A stretch of 64,000 nt of DNA from Mesotaenium endlicherianum. Lineage: Eukaryota. A program made the position numbers and the translations under genes. Positions 13,401 to 24,786 of the stretch are shown here, piece by piece (within the stretch, counting starts at the first letter, position 1; the number at the start of each line of letters is the position of its first letter). The DNA lies in contig WELA01002258.1 in assembly GCA_009602735.1 (NCBI GenBank), forward strand, positions 78,746-142,745. Reading direction: 5' to 3'. The notes under the pieces are model-generated. The model ran no database searches. It worked only from the letters and a program-made list of their open reading frames with translations, and had not been told where the DNA came from.

Positions 13401-16400
13401 CCTTGTGCTGCTGCTGCTGCTGCTGCTACAGGGGGTGGTGCTGGAACCGCGAAGCGGCCTCGGCCTGGCCCCAGAGGGCTCGCAGGAGCCGGGAGAGGAG
13501 CCGCAGGCGGCGGATGAGGCGCTGTTTCTGCACACGTCCGGCACCACCAGCCGCCCCAAGGGCGTGCCGCTGACACATGGCAACCTAGCGGCCAGCGTGC
13601 TGAACATCATTGCCACGTACGAGCTCTCGCCTGCCGACAGCTGCTACTGCGTGATGCCGCTGTTCCACGTGCACGGCCTTATGGCGGCGCTGCTGGCCTC
13701 GCTGGCGGCCGGCGGGGCCACGGTGCTGCCGGCATCGGGCCGCTTCAGCGCGGGTTCCTTTTGGGGCGACGTGGCGGCGCACGGGGCCACATGGTACACG
13801 GCGGTGCCCACCATCCATCAGATCCTGCTGTCGCGCCACCGCAGCAAGCAGCCCAACGAGGTAGGCATCCTCGCTGCTGCCGCTACCACTGATGCTGCTG
13901 CCTCCTGCCCGCCGACCTGTCTGTGTGCCAGCTCGTGCCTGCCGCCTGCTGCCTGCTGCCTCCTGCGTGCTCCCCAGTCCACCTGTCCGCCTTGTCCAAC
14001 CCAGCCCAGCCCACACTGGAGTTCAGGCAGGCCAGCAGTGGCCGGGCTTCTGCTTTTGCCTAAGCTTCTCTTCCTCTTTCACCTCGCACGCAGCCACCCT
14101 CTCTGCTCACCGGGCTCCACGCTAAAAGTGCGCACGTGGGAGCGGGGACCTGGGAATTGGGCCCTGGGGGCTGGGGCTAATTTAAGGAGGGGGGTGGGTG
14201 TGCAGCCATACCCGGCGCTGCGGTTTGTGCGCAGCTGCAGCGCGTCCCTGGCGCCCGCCGTGCTGGAGGGCCTGGAGGGCGCCTTTGGGGCACCCGTACT
14301 GGAGGCGTACGCCATGACTGAGGCGTCGCACCAGATGTGCGCCAACCCCCTCCCCGCGCACGGCCCCCACAAGCCCGGGACAGTCGGCAAGGCCACGGGC
14401 ATCCAGCTGGCAATCCTGAGCGAGGAGGGCGAGGAGCTGCCGTCGGAGAGCGTGGGCGAGGTGTGCATCCGGGGCCCCAACGTGACAGCGGGGTATCGCG
14501 GAAACCCGGCGGCCAATGAGGCGGCGTTTGCGTACGGGTGGTTCCATACGGGGGACCAGGGCAAGCTGGACTCCGACGGGTACCTGACCCTCACGGGGCG
14601 CCTCAAGGAGCTCATCAACCGCGGCGGTACGCTTGCTCACGAGCACACACCCCACATGCATGCACGCACCCATACGCATGCGCACACACATGCAGTGCAC
14701 AGGCCTGCAGACACACACATACACCCTCACATGCATGCACACATACGCACACGCTCGCCCCAGCACACATGCACACATACACCTAGACACAGTCGCACAT
14801 GCACGCATGCACTCATACACACACGCACATGCACACGCCCTGCACGCACACACAGACGCGCACACTTTCACACAGAGACATACCTGCACACGCTCACACA
14901 AACACGGAAACACCCGCACATGCACACGCACACGCACACACACACACTTACACACACACACACACACACACTCACACGCATGTTAATAGCCCCTCTGACC
15001 GGGCTGCACAAGACTAAGGGTTTGCAAGCAGCTTCATGAAAAGAGTGGTATGGTCCGAGGTTGCTCCCTCTCCGCCTCACAGACATTGACATGCCGACAT
15101 GTGCACACGCACACGCACATACAGACTCTCTCTTTCACACACGCACACACACACACACTCACACGTAGCCTCTGCGCCCTTGGCATATATAGCCCACATG
15201 ACAATGAGGAACAACGGGTGTACATGCTGCCCGTCATGGGCTGCTGAACGGAGGGCGGCACCAGTGCTAGACTGCAGTGGCCCCTGCTCGCCCTCGTCGT
15301 CCCGGAAGGCTGGCTGACCATTTTCCGCTTGCTCCGCTGAGAGTCCGTGCGCACATTACCGTTAAGTGACGCGTCCTTTGCGTCTGTCTGTGCATGTGTA
15401 TACGCGTGTTTGTGTATACCAGTGTGCATGTGTATTCATGCGAGAGCGCGCGCGCGTGTGTGTGTGTGTGTGCGTGCATGTGTGTCTATGCTAATGCGCG
15501 CGAGCGTGTGCGCTCAGTATGTGTCTTGAGGCGTTTCTCTCTGTCTCAGGAGGGACTGGGCGGCAGAACCAGGAGTGAGCACGTGGAGGCTGACAAGAGT
15601 GGATTGAGTATCCTTCTCTGTGGGGCCTGCAGGAGAGAAGGTGTCGCCTGTGGAGGTGGACGCCGCCATGCTCAGTCACCCGGCCGTGGCAGAGGCCGTC
15701 GCGTTCGGCGCTCCCGACGAGAAGTACGGCGAGGAGGTAGGCCTGACGGTCATGCACTCTCACACGTGAAGAGCTCAATCACCACACCCTGTGTTGCTTC
15801 CTGCTCGATGTTCCAAAGAGCTCTCCTGCTTGTGTAGGTGCTTTGGATGGGGAGTGGCCGAAGAAGGCGCAGCTCCCTTGCCTGGGCTGCCTTGATGCGC
15901 GCTGCATACTTCGCCACCCGGCACACTTTCGGCCCAACCCCTGGCAAGAGGGTAGACTGTTCAGTGTGCGTGGCAGCGCTTGCCCACAGAGAGCGGTATC
16001 GGGTCTTTGTCTGTCTGGCAGAGGGCAAAATTGCTGCAGCATCGATCTTGCACTCACTCACTCACCTCACTCTCTCTCTCTCTCCCCCCACTCACTCACA
16101 AACACCCAGCCACTCTCTCGGAGGGCTACAGCATTGGTGAGCAATATGCGCGAACCTGAGCCGCCTGCCCGTCAGCTCGGTAACACCGCTGATAACCTCG
16201 CCCGCCCACCCTACCTCCCTTCTAACCTCTCCGCAAGGGGGCGTCTGTGTGCGCGTGCGCACGCCTGCAGGTGAACGCAGCAGTGGTGGTGCAGGCGGGG
16301 CAGGAGCTCACGGAGGAGGGCCTCAAGGACTTCCTCAAGCGCCAGCTGGCGGCGTTCAAGATCCCCAAGCGCGTGTTCTTCGCGGACTCGGTGCCGCGCA

Positions 16401-16504
16401 CGGCCACCGGCAAGATCCAGCGCCGCTTCGTGGCCGAGCACTTCCTCCAGCCGCCGCCCGCCGCCGCCGCTGCTGCCGACGCCCCCCCCTCTGGTACCCC
16501 CTGA
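10473..16504 (+). CDS. AAE3: Oxalate--CoA ligase (acyl-activating enzyme 3-like, ANL superfamily); possibly the N-terminal half of a fusion with the downstream decarboxylase
   Basis: Exons 10473-10595 (MADKFDTTLTSLLKKAAEKH), 12293-12382, 12793-13002, 13432-13860, 14206-14626, 15633-15736, and 16271-16504 (stop) or -16493 (donor). Motifs: PLNAAYT, FLHTSGTTSRPKGVPLTH (AMP-binding), PLFHVHGL, RSCSASLAP, LEAYAMTEASH, WFHTGDQG, KELINRGGEKVSP, PRTATGKIQRR. Confidence 0.92.
11661..12181. repeat. (GGGGGCA)n G-rich tandem repeat flanking an assembly gap (N 11683-12156) in AAE3 intron 1
   Basis: GGGGCAG units on both sides of the N run. Confidence 0.7.
14640..15490. repeat. Degenerate (CA)n/(TG)n microsatellite tracts in AAE3 intron 5
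   Basis: Long CACACA/GCACAC arrays followed by TGTGTG arrays. Confidence 0.85.
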
Positions 16505-17930
16505 ACCTTCTTCTCGTGGGGAGGGGGGAAGGGGAGGGGGGGAGGGGAAGACTGCCAGGAGGGGAGAAGGACGCAGTTTTGCACGTGTGCACGCGTGTAC
16601 GCGTGTGCGATCCCCACTTTCTGGCCATTGGCTCGCTGCTTCTTGGAAGGCGACTGCTCTTATGGGTGGATCCCTCTGGGCCCACGCCGTCGTGTGTAGG
16701 TGTCAGATTGTCACCGCCAGCTTGTAGACGTGCAGAGCGTAGATTATACATTAACATCCCTCCCCATCCAACCCCTTTCTTATTCTCTCCCTGTCTTGGG
16801 CTCCTGACCCCACCCAGGTAGGCAGAAGGTAGCAGCAGCGCTAGTAGGAGTGGCAACCGGGAAGAGGCACCTGCAGGGGTAGTACTGCTAGCCTAGGCCA
16901 AGTACCTGTGGTGGCGCTCGGCCCCCTGAGGCACAGGTCTGAGCCTCCTGCTGTACCGCCACCTTTTATAGTGGAAAAAAACCGATGAAGAATGACCTGT
17001 TGCCGGCTTCTTTGGGCTCAATGTTCTGCCTCTTTCTGAGTGCCTATTTTGACTATCCACTGAAGGCGTCAGCAGCAGCACGCATGCTCTTGTGGTGATG
17101 CCACCTGGTTATCTCGTTGCTGGGATTGGTTGTATGGCCAGTGTTGAGCTTCAAGTAAAGAGTAGCGGGCACACGTGATTGCTGGCTGCCACGCAGAAGA
17201 AGCTCTGTATCATATCTGCTGAATGGGTGGGCAGGAGAGCACGTGCCTTACAAGTAGAGTGGGTATGATGGAGCAGTCTGAGGGCCTGGAGGCTTTGTTC
17301 GGCTGGTCCTCCGCTTGGAGGTGGTGCGCGCACACATGTGCGTGCGTGTGGGCATACCTATGTGTGTGTGCGCGCGTGTGTGTGTGCAACGTCTGTGTAA
17401 GCACGTTGCCTGTGTCGCCTCTCTTAGTGAGCAGGTTTGACTACAGCGTGTCTGATGTGGAGGCACCTTCTAGATCTCGTCAGATGAGCTAACCCCTTGT
17501 TGCAGACCACTTCTCAATATAGCGAAACTGGAGGCAGCGAGAGTGCACAAGTGCCAGGTCAATAGCATGTCATACCGGGACTTTCTGTCCATGTGGCGTC
17601 CTCGTCTGCCGCCAGCGTGGCGTTGGCCTCGAGACATTGTGCCGCGTGTATAATACAAAGTCCACCTGGCAGCATCAGCATGATCATTGGTAGTGCCGCT
17701 CTGCTGCCTTGTGCCAGCTGCTGCCATACCGCCAGGAGCACTCTGGGTGTGCCGGGCCCGTCCCTCACTCGCCAAAGACGAGTGTTGGCGCGTGAGTTGC
17801 AACTCCCACGCATGCATACACTGCATGCAAATCTTGTGTACGTTGTTTGTGTGCACGCGCTCGCTCCTTTGGGCTTATGTGAAACATGCGTGGGCCTGCT
17901 GGCGTCGTCGTATCCAAACGTGTGCAACAG

Positions 17931-20900
17931 CACCGCCAGCAGCCGCGCCACTTGTGGACGGCAACGCAATGGCGGCGCGCGCGTTGGCGGCAGCCGGCGT
18001 GCGCTTCATGTTTGGCGTGGTGGGCATCCCCGTCACGCAGCTGGCCACGGAGGCCCAGAAGGCCGGCATCCGCTTCATCGCCTTCCGCAACGAGCAGGCG
18101 GCCGGCTATGCCGCGGGCGCCGCCGGGTACCTCACGGGGGTGCCGGGGGCGCTCCTGACAGTGTCGGGGCCCGGGTGCGTGCACGGCCTGGCGGGGCTCA
18201 GCAACGGAATGATCAACACGTGGCCGCTGGTCATGGTGTCCGGCTCCAGCGTGCAGGCCGACCGCGGCAAGGGCGACTTCCAGGAGCTAGACCAGCTGGC
18301 GGCCGTGCAGCCGTTCGTCAAGTCGGCCGGTGAGGGCGGCTTTCCCGCTGGGGCCTGCCTGCCTGCCTGCCTGCCAGCTGACTTCCTGTGTTCTTGGCGC
18401 TGTTGTGCCATCTTGCAAGCGCTGCTGTAAATGCTCTCCTTGTCAATGCGTCAGAGCTCACAAGGAGGGAGGGATGGAGAGAGGGAGAGTGAGAGGACGG
18501 TGGAAATTGATTTGAGCACTTTCGTGAGCACCTTTTCATGCTTGCACGAACAGCCTCGCTTACACGGGATAATGGAGGGACCTGCCTGCTGGTCTCCTGG
18601 GCGGGCGGGTGAATGGGTGGCGTGCAGGCCAGGCGAGGAGCGTGTCCGAGATCCCCCAGCTGGTGGCCAGCCAGGTGGCGGCCGCCTGCAGCGGCAGGCC
18701 GGGCGGCACCTACTTAGACCTCCCCTCTGACATCCTCCACGAGACTATCACCGAGGACGAGGCTCAGGCCCTGCTGGCGGAGATCTGGCCGTCCGTGCCC
18801 TCCTGGGCGGCAGAGGGGGCACAGGCGGCAGGGGCAGAGGCAGCTCCGGCGCCAGCGGCGCCAGGCCATGCCCGGGGGGAGGCGGAGCAGGCGCGGGTGG
18901 ACGAGGCCTTTGAGCTTCTCAGGGCCGCCAAGAGCCCCCTGGTGGTGGTGGGGAAGGGCGCGGCGTACGCGCGCGCGGAAGAGCCCCTGCGCGAGTTTGT
19001 GGAGGCCGCGCGCATCCCGTTCGTGGCCACGCCCATGGGTAAGGGGGTGCTGCCGGATGCGCACGCGCTGTCGGCGGGCGCGGCACGGTCGCTGGCGCTG
19101 GCGGCGGCGGACGTGGTGCTGGTGGTGGGCGCGCGCCTCAACTGGATGCTGCACTTTGGCGAGGCTCCGCGGTGAGGAAGAGAGGCAGACGCACGCTCGC
19201 TCGCTCGCTTACTCTCCCTCTCTCTCGCTCTCACACGAACACTCTCTCCCTCGCTCCTCCGTCAGTGACTATCTTCCTGTCGATTCTGCTTTGGTTTGTC
19301 GACCTCTCTTGTTCTGTCTCTCCTTTAGACTTGTCTGCCTCTCCGTCTGTCTGTCTGTCTGTCAGTGTCTCTCGGGCTGCACCTGCGGCAGTCCCTTGCG
19401 CCCACTCCTCAGTGCTTTATTTTGGGGCACCCCTTGGCTCATTCCCACGCCCTCATTCACTTGTGCTTAGCACTCCGTCACAACAACAAGCAGCACAGGG
19501 TACCGGAGTTGAGCCAAGACCAGAGCCAAGCTGACCCGTGGATGCATGGAGCAAGTGCCGGAGCCAGAGGGCCGCTCGCACTGCCCAGCCCTCGGCTGCT
19601 TGCGCCGCCTGCTCCGCGCCCGGTGGCGTCCGCCCTCTTCTCTGCTTCGGCTTCCGCCTACCTTGCTGCATCATTCCCACATCCACATCCACATCCTGCA
19701 GGAGCGCTAGCACCAGCGCTCTTTGGCCTGCGCTCCGCGTGCAGCTCCGCGCCCCGCCTTGTGCGCTCCATCATGACTTCGAGGTGCTTAGCGCCCTTCA
19801 CTCCATGCTCCTGTCTCATCTCCTCTCACTGACCCTCTCGCATGAGAGAGAATGTGCTGACATCCTCCCCCTCGCACGCCCCTCCCTTTCTGTCTGTCTG
19901 TACCCTCTCTGTATTTCTGCCAGGTGGAGCCCGTCGGTGAAGTTCATTCTGGTCGAGATAGACGAGGGCGAGGTGGCGCTCCGTAAGCCTGCGGTGGGGC
20001 TGGTGGGTGACGCACGCGCCGTGATGCGCCAGCTGTCCCTCAAGCTGCGCGCGCTGCCCTTCTCTCTGGGGCAGGACTCCCCCTGGCTCACCAAAATCCA
20101 GGTAGGGCTCGTATTTCAGGAGCTTACCTCTTGTGAGTGTCCTGCATAGAGAGGGATGGATAGGGAGATAGGGAGGGGGAAAGGGAGAGATTGGGGGGAG
20201 GGCGGGGGAAGCAACTTTGCACCTGCTCTCTCTACATGGCTGTTGCCGTCGACACGGTGCAGGGAGCACTAAGCACACAGCATTCTCCTCGTCTCACTTG
20301 CCAGCCCCTGACGTGTGTGATATCTCAAAGGAGAAGCCGCAACTGCATGGTGCCGCACCACTGTGTTGCAAGGGTTGAGACGAGTGCTGAGCTGCGGATG
20401 GGGGGGGGACCCGGTGGGGCGGGGGAGGGGAGAGCAGGAGAAGGTGCGCGTGAACGCGGAGCGCATGGCCGCCAGCCTGGCGCGCGACGTGGTGCCGCTC
20501 AACTTCCAGTGCTCCCTGCGCATCATCCGCGACGCCATCGCCGCCGTCGGCTCCCCTTCGCCCATCCTCGTCTCCGAAGGTGCCTCCCTCTTCATGCGCG
20601 CGCGCACGCACGCACGCACACACACATACACACACACACACCCTCATGCATCACCCTCCCTAATCAAAAACACAACCCACGTAGATGAAGGGAGACGACA
20701 ACCGCTTGGATTAGAAGCGGGCATGCCCCGCTAGACACAAGTGTGTGTTTGACGTCAGCCCACCCTGCTCACCTCTGTGTCTCGAATTTCTTCTTGCTCC
20801 TCTTTCCGTTCGTTCTGCCTGCATGCGAGACAGTATCCCGGTGCCACTAAGCTGGGCGGCAGATGTTATCAGATGTATGGAAGCTGCCGAAAGTCTCACC

Positions 20901-22396
20901 GTACCTCCCCCCCGGGGCCTGACATGGGGGTGCATACCGCATACCATTGCGACGTCTTAGCTGACTTGGAGCATGCAGTCACGCCCTAGGAGCCCACACA
21001 CTGCTCTCCTCGCCCTGGGAGATCACGTCACGAAGCAGCTGGAGAGCAGTCGCAACTCCGATTGCAGCTGCTGGACCGCTCCAGCAGCTCCAAGCGCCAG
21101 AAAGCAGACAGAGGGTGGGAGGGAGAGGTAGGGAGAGGCTTGCTGTTTGCGCATGCCACGCCATGCCCACGCCTGGTGCCTCCTGGAAGCGGGTGCAGGT
21201 GCCAACACCATGGACGTGGGGCGCTCCGTGCTGGAGCAGACGGAGCCGCGCTCGCGCCTGGACGCCGGCACCTGGGGCACCATGGGCGTGGGCATGGGCT
21301 ACGCCATTGCGGCAGCTGTCACGCAGCCAGAGCGCCTGGTGGTGGCCGTAGAAGGAGACTCCGCGTTTGGCTTCAGCGGGCTGGAGGTGGAGGTGAGCAT
21401 GCGCGTGCTACACAACCACATATACACAGGCAGGCCCCCTTGTGCGCGTGCACGCTCGTGCACCTGTGGCCCAAATGGTGGTCAATTCTGGTCCGCACTT
21501 CGTGTGTTGCGTTCCCGCCCACCCGCCCATGCCAGCGCATACCCCCCCCCCNNNNNCCTCCCCCCCCTCCCCTCCCCGGGCGCCCCCTTCGTGTGGGCAG
21601 GGGCTGCTTGTTTGCCCCTTGCAGGTCAACGCGTAAGAATAGACGCCGCTTTGTTTTTCTGTAAGGCATGTAGGCAGAGGGCCGGTTTGATCAGACGGGC
21701 AGCTTGCTTTTCTTTGCTTCAGGCTGGAGAGCCGCAGCTTTCTGCTGCCTAGTTGCTGCGAGCTCGTGAATGGCGTTGAAGAGCAGTGAGGATGCGTGGC
21801 CTCTTTTCTTGGCTCTGTAGCTGTGGGAGAGCTAAGCTGGAATGAACGCACTCGACGTCTGTGTCGCAGCTGGTCTGCTCCCCTCTTCATTAAAGAAGCC
21901 AAGATAGCATGCACATTGATAATGTACTTCCAAATACGTTATTGGTGCCCATGCCTCTGTCTTGGACTGCTGGAAGTGTGCAGCGTCACATTCGCCTCTG
22001 GCACAGTGGGCCTGAAAGAAAAGCAACATCCTTTTTGTTGGTGGGAACTCATACAACCCTTCAACATCTGCGTGCTTGCAGACGCTGGTCCGCTACAAGC
22101 TGCCCGTGGTCGTCATCGTGATGAACAATGGAGGAGTTTACGGAGGTGACAGGAGGGGAGCAATTGACCTGCCAGAGGCGGTCCGAAATGACCCCCCACC
22201 TACTTCCTTTGTGCCCAAGGCTCGATATGATCTCCTCATTGAAGCCTTTGGCGGGAAAGGGTACTTCGTGCACACGCCCGAGGAGCTTGCTGAGGCTCTC
22301 CATGAGGCTTTCTCTGCTAAGAAGCCGGCAGTCATTAACGTGACCATCGACCCCATGGCTGGTGTGGAGAGTGGCCGGATGACGCATAGGAACTGA
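17931..22396 (+). CDS. HACL1: Oxalyl-CoA decarboxylase / 2-hydroxyacyl-CoA lyase (ThDP-dependent); no in-frame ATG between the 17930 acceptor and the conserved N-terminal VDG motif
   Basis: Exons 17931-18329, 18628-19171, 19924-20101, 20438-20579, 21199-21392, 22082-22396 (TGA), all phase-compatible. Motifs: [79 protein letters not shown], ThDP motif GDSAFGFSG...NNGG. C-terminus ESGRMTHRN resembles plant HACL/OXC. Confidence 0.92.
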
Positions 22397-23754
22397 CAGC
22401 TCTCTGTGTGCACCCTCCTTCCTCCTCTGTCTAAGTTAGGCCAACCATCGGAATGATGATATGGTTCATGACACTTGAATAGCAATTCTGGATGTGATTT
22501 TGTATTCCTTCTAATAATAGCATGACAGTGCGATTGCTTATATGGGACATATAAGTTGTAGGCATTTGCAGATTTGGTTTGCGATGTCATTGGGGGATGC
22601 ATATCCAACATGTAAGTGCTGTGTCTCATGAGGACTAGCTAGTCTTATTTGAAAGGCGTTTTGAAAAGATGGTATGCTGTGCTTGTCACTTGTCCCAGAG
22701 CCCAAGAGTTACAATGCTGCAAGTCAACAATCTGGTAGAAAAGAAAGTAATGATGTACTCATCTTCTGTCACGATCTGCTAATACTTGGATCAAAGTCTC
22801 ATTTCAACAAATCTATAAATTAGTTGCACACAAGAATGCCTCTTGGCGTAACAAAGGCCACCTGTCCGAGTTGATGACATGAATGTTCTTCTATCACGGT
22901 CATGAAGGATGACTCTGAAGACAGTACGTCGGACTACAGCATAGAGAGTAACACCAATCAGTTATCGACTAGATGTGAAGAAAAAAAGCTAAGAAAAGTT
23001 GTTGTGGTCCTTTGGCAATATGGACAAAAAACAATGAGAATAAGGTGCAGCTTATTCAACCAACATTTTGCGTCAATGAGGGAGACCGTGTAGTTGCAAA
23101 TGAAGAGAAAGCGGCTTGTGGAAATCCACATGTGCGATTATTGCATACTATGATGAGGGGTCACAATGTTCAACTCCTACGTCCGAGCCTCATATCTAAA
23201 TTTTTAAACGCCACGTTCGCTGCTTGCACGTACAGTGCATCTCCACATCCGCGTACATCTCAAAGTGCCTCCATGGCAAGTATTCCTTGTCTAGTGCGTT
23301 CATATTCCTCTCATCGGCGTATTCGTTGGTAAACATCCAAAATAAAGCATATCGGGCACATGCAAATACTCGTGTTATTTTTGCCAGACCTTGACTTTTT
23401 GCCGCAAATTCGTGGGGCACTCTTTTGCAACGTGGTTATATTGCTTGTTCTCCTTCGGGAGATACTCCAATGTGGGCCAAAGTGTTTTGCGTTATATCAA
23501 CCAAGCCTTCAGTATTTTTGGTATTTGAAACTACTCTAATATTGTGCATGATTTCCCCCAATCTTGATCTCTCCCCCCAGAAATTAGTGAAAATTCAATA
23601 AGGATCGTTGCTCAAACCAACTCTTCTTGCTTCACTATGGGGCAAACTAATGGGAGGGGTTGCAAACCCTGATCTCACAAAGCGGCACCAAACAATAACA
23701 ACAAATGAAGCATCAGAATAATTCGATCCGTCAAAGTACAAATATCTTGATTCT

Positions 23755-24584
23755 TGTCATGATTTATTGCGTCGAGGTTGTCATATAAAAACCAAGCTCC
23801 ACATGTGCGGAACATCAACCTAGGAAGGCCGACTTTGCATTGACTTTACGCATCCGTATGTTGACCTTTTCTAGATTTCCGAGTCACCAACGTGTAGCGC
23901 GTCAAAGCATCTTCCAAATGACACCAATTTCGCGTCATTTGGTCAAGTATCGAGCGAGATAGGTGCGATCTAGTCCGCGTCACCTACCGGTCCCTAGCGG
24001 AACTTTCCCAAGGCCTAATTTGTGACTCAATGTCCCCAAAGGTGACATTGTTGGCTCTTCGTGACCCCAAGCTTTGTGCGCACATATCCGCGAGCCCCTT
24101 AGCCTACATAAGCTTTGCATTTCCATAGTATATGTGCATCATTGAGGCTATAACTGCATCACCTACTCCTAGAGGAAGCTTCCTCAATTTTCAGATCCAC
24201 TTTTGAGGCGCTATCTAGGTAGAATCACCCAAGGTAAGCTCGGCCAATGAGGGACACGTAGCATATCCTACGCACCTTGCTTTGATTGGTTAGAGTTATG
24301 CTTAGCCTATAGGAGTGCTAGTACATGCATTAGTGGACATAGGAGAGCCTCCTAGAGTGACTACATGCATCGGATCCGCCGCATACCCCGCCGGATTTCC
24401 AGGAGTATAAGTACTAGAGATGTCCCTAGAAGAGACATCTTTTAGAAGTCCATTATGCCAGGTGTAAGTAACAGAGATTATCAATAAAGCTTACACTTTT
24501 ATCTCTTGTGTTTTCAGGACCACTTAGTTACTCTCTTGTGAAGAGCAAGCCCTCCACGCTTCCAGTCACTTGAAGAACTTCACA
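23755..24584 (+). repeat. 5' LTR of element A
   Basis: TG...CA ends, TATAAGTA at 24406, AATAAA at 24483, followed by AG-TGGTGAG (PBS-like). The first 382 bp recur at 35916-36296 with about 9 differences. The 3' end is inferred from the PBS only. Confidence 0.75.
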
Positions 24585-24586
24585 AG

Positions 24587-24600
24587 TGGTGAGCAAAGTC
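24587..24600 (+). promoter_or_regulatory. Putative primer-binding site of element A (TGGTGAGCAAAGTC)
   Basis: TGG 2 nt after the LTR-terminal CA. The same TGGTGAG start occurs in element B. Confidence 0.55.
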
Positions 24601-24786
24601 ACAGCTTAAGCCCTTACCATAGGACTACTCTGAAGATCATGATGTGCTTCCAGTGATGTTTTGGGCCATACTTCATTGGTTGTTTTCCTACCAGATTACA
24701 GTCTTGAGGTGCTCACTCTGGAGAGTACACATCCCTTACTTCTAAAAGATGTCTCTTTGCCTGCAAGCAATTAGAACCTTCAGCGT

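Noticed and set aside
14627..15039. His/Thr-rich tail of ORF 13405-15039 as a metal-binding domain
   Set aside because: It is translated intronic (CA)n repeat; the protein splices at INRGG|EK.
22900..23750. Coding-like decayed fragment upstream of element A
   Set aside because: Multiple stops and no identifiable domain.
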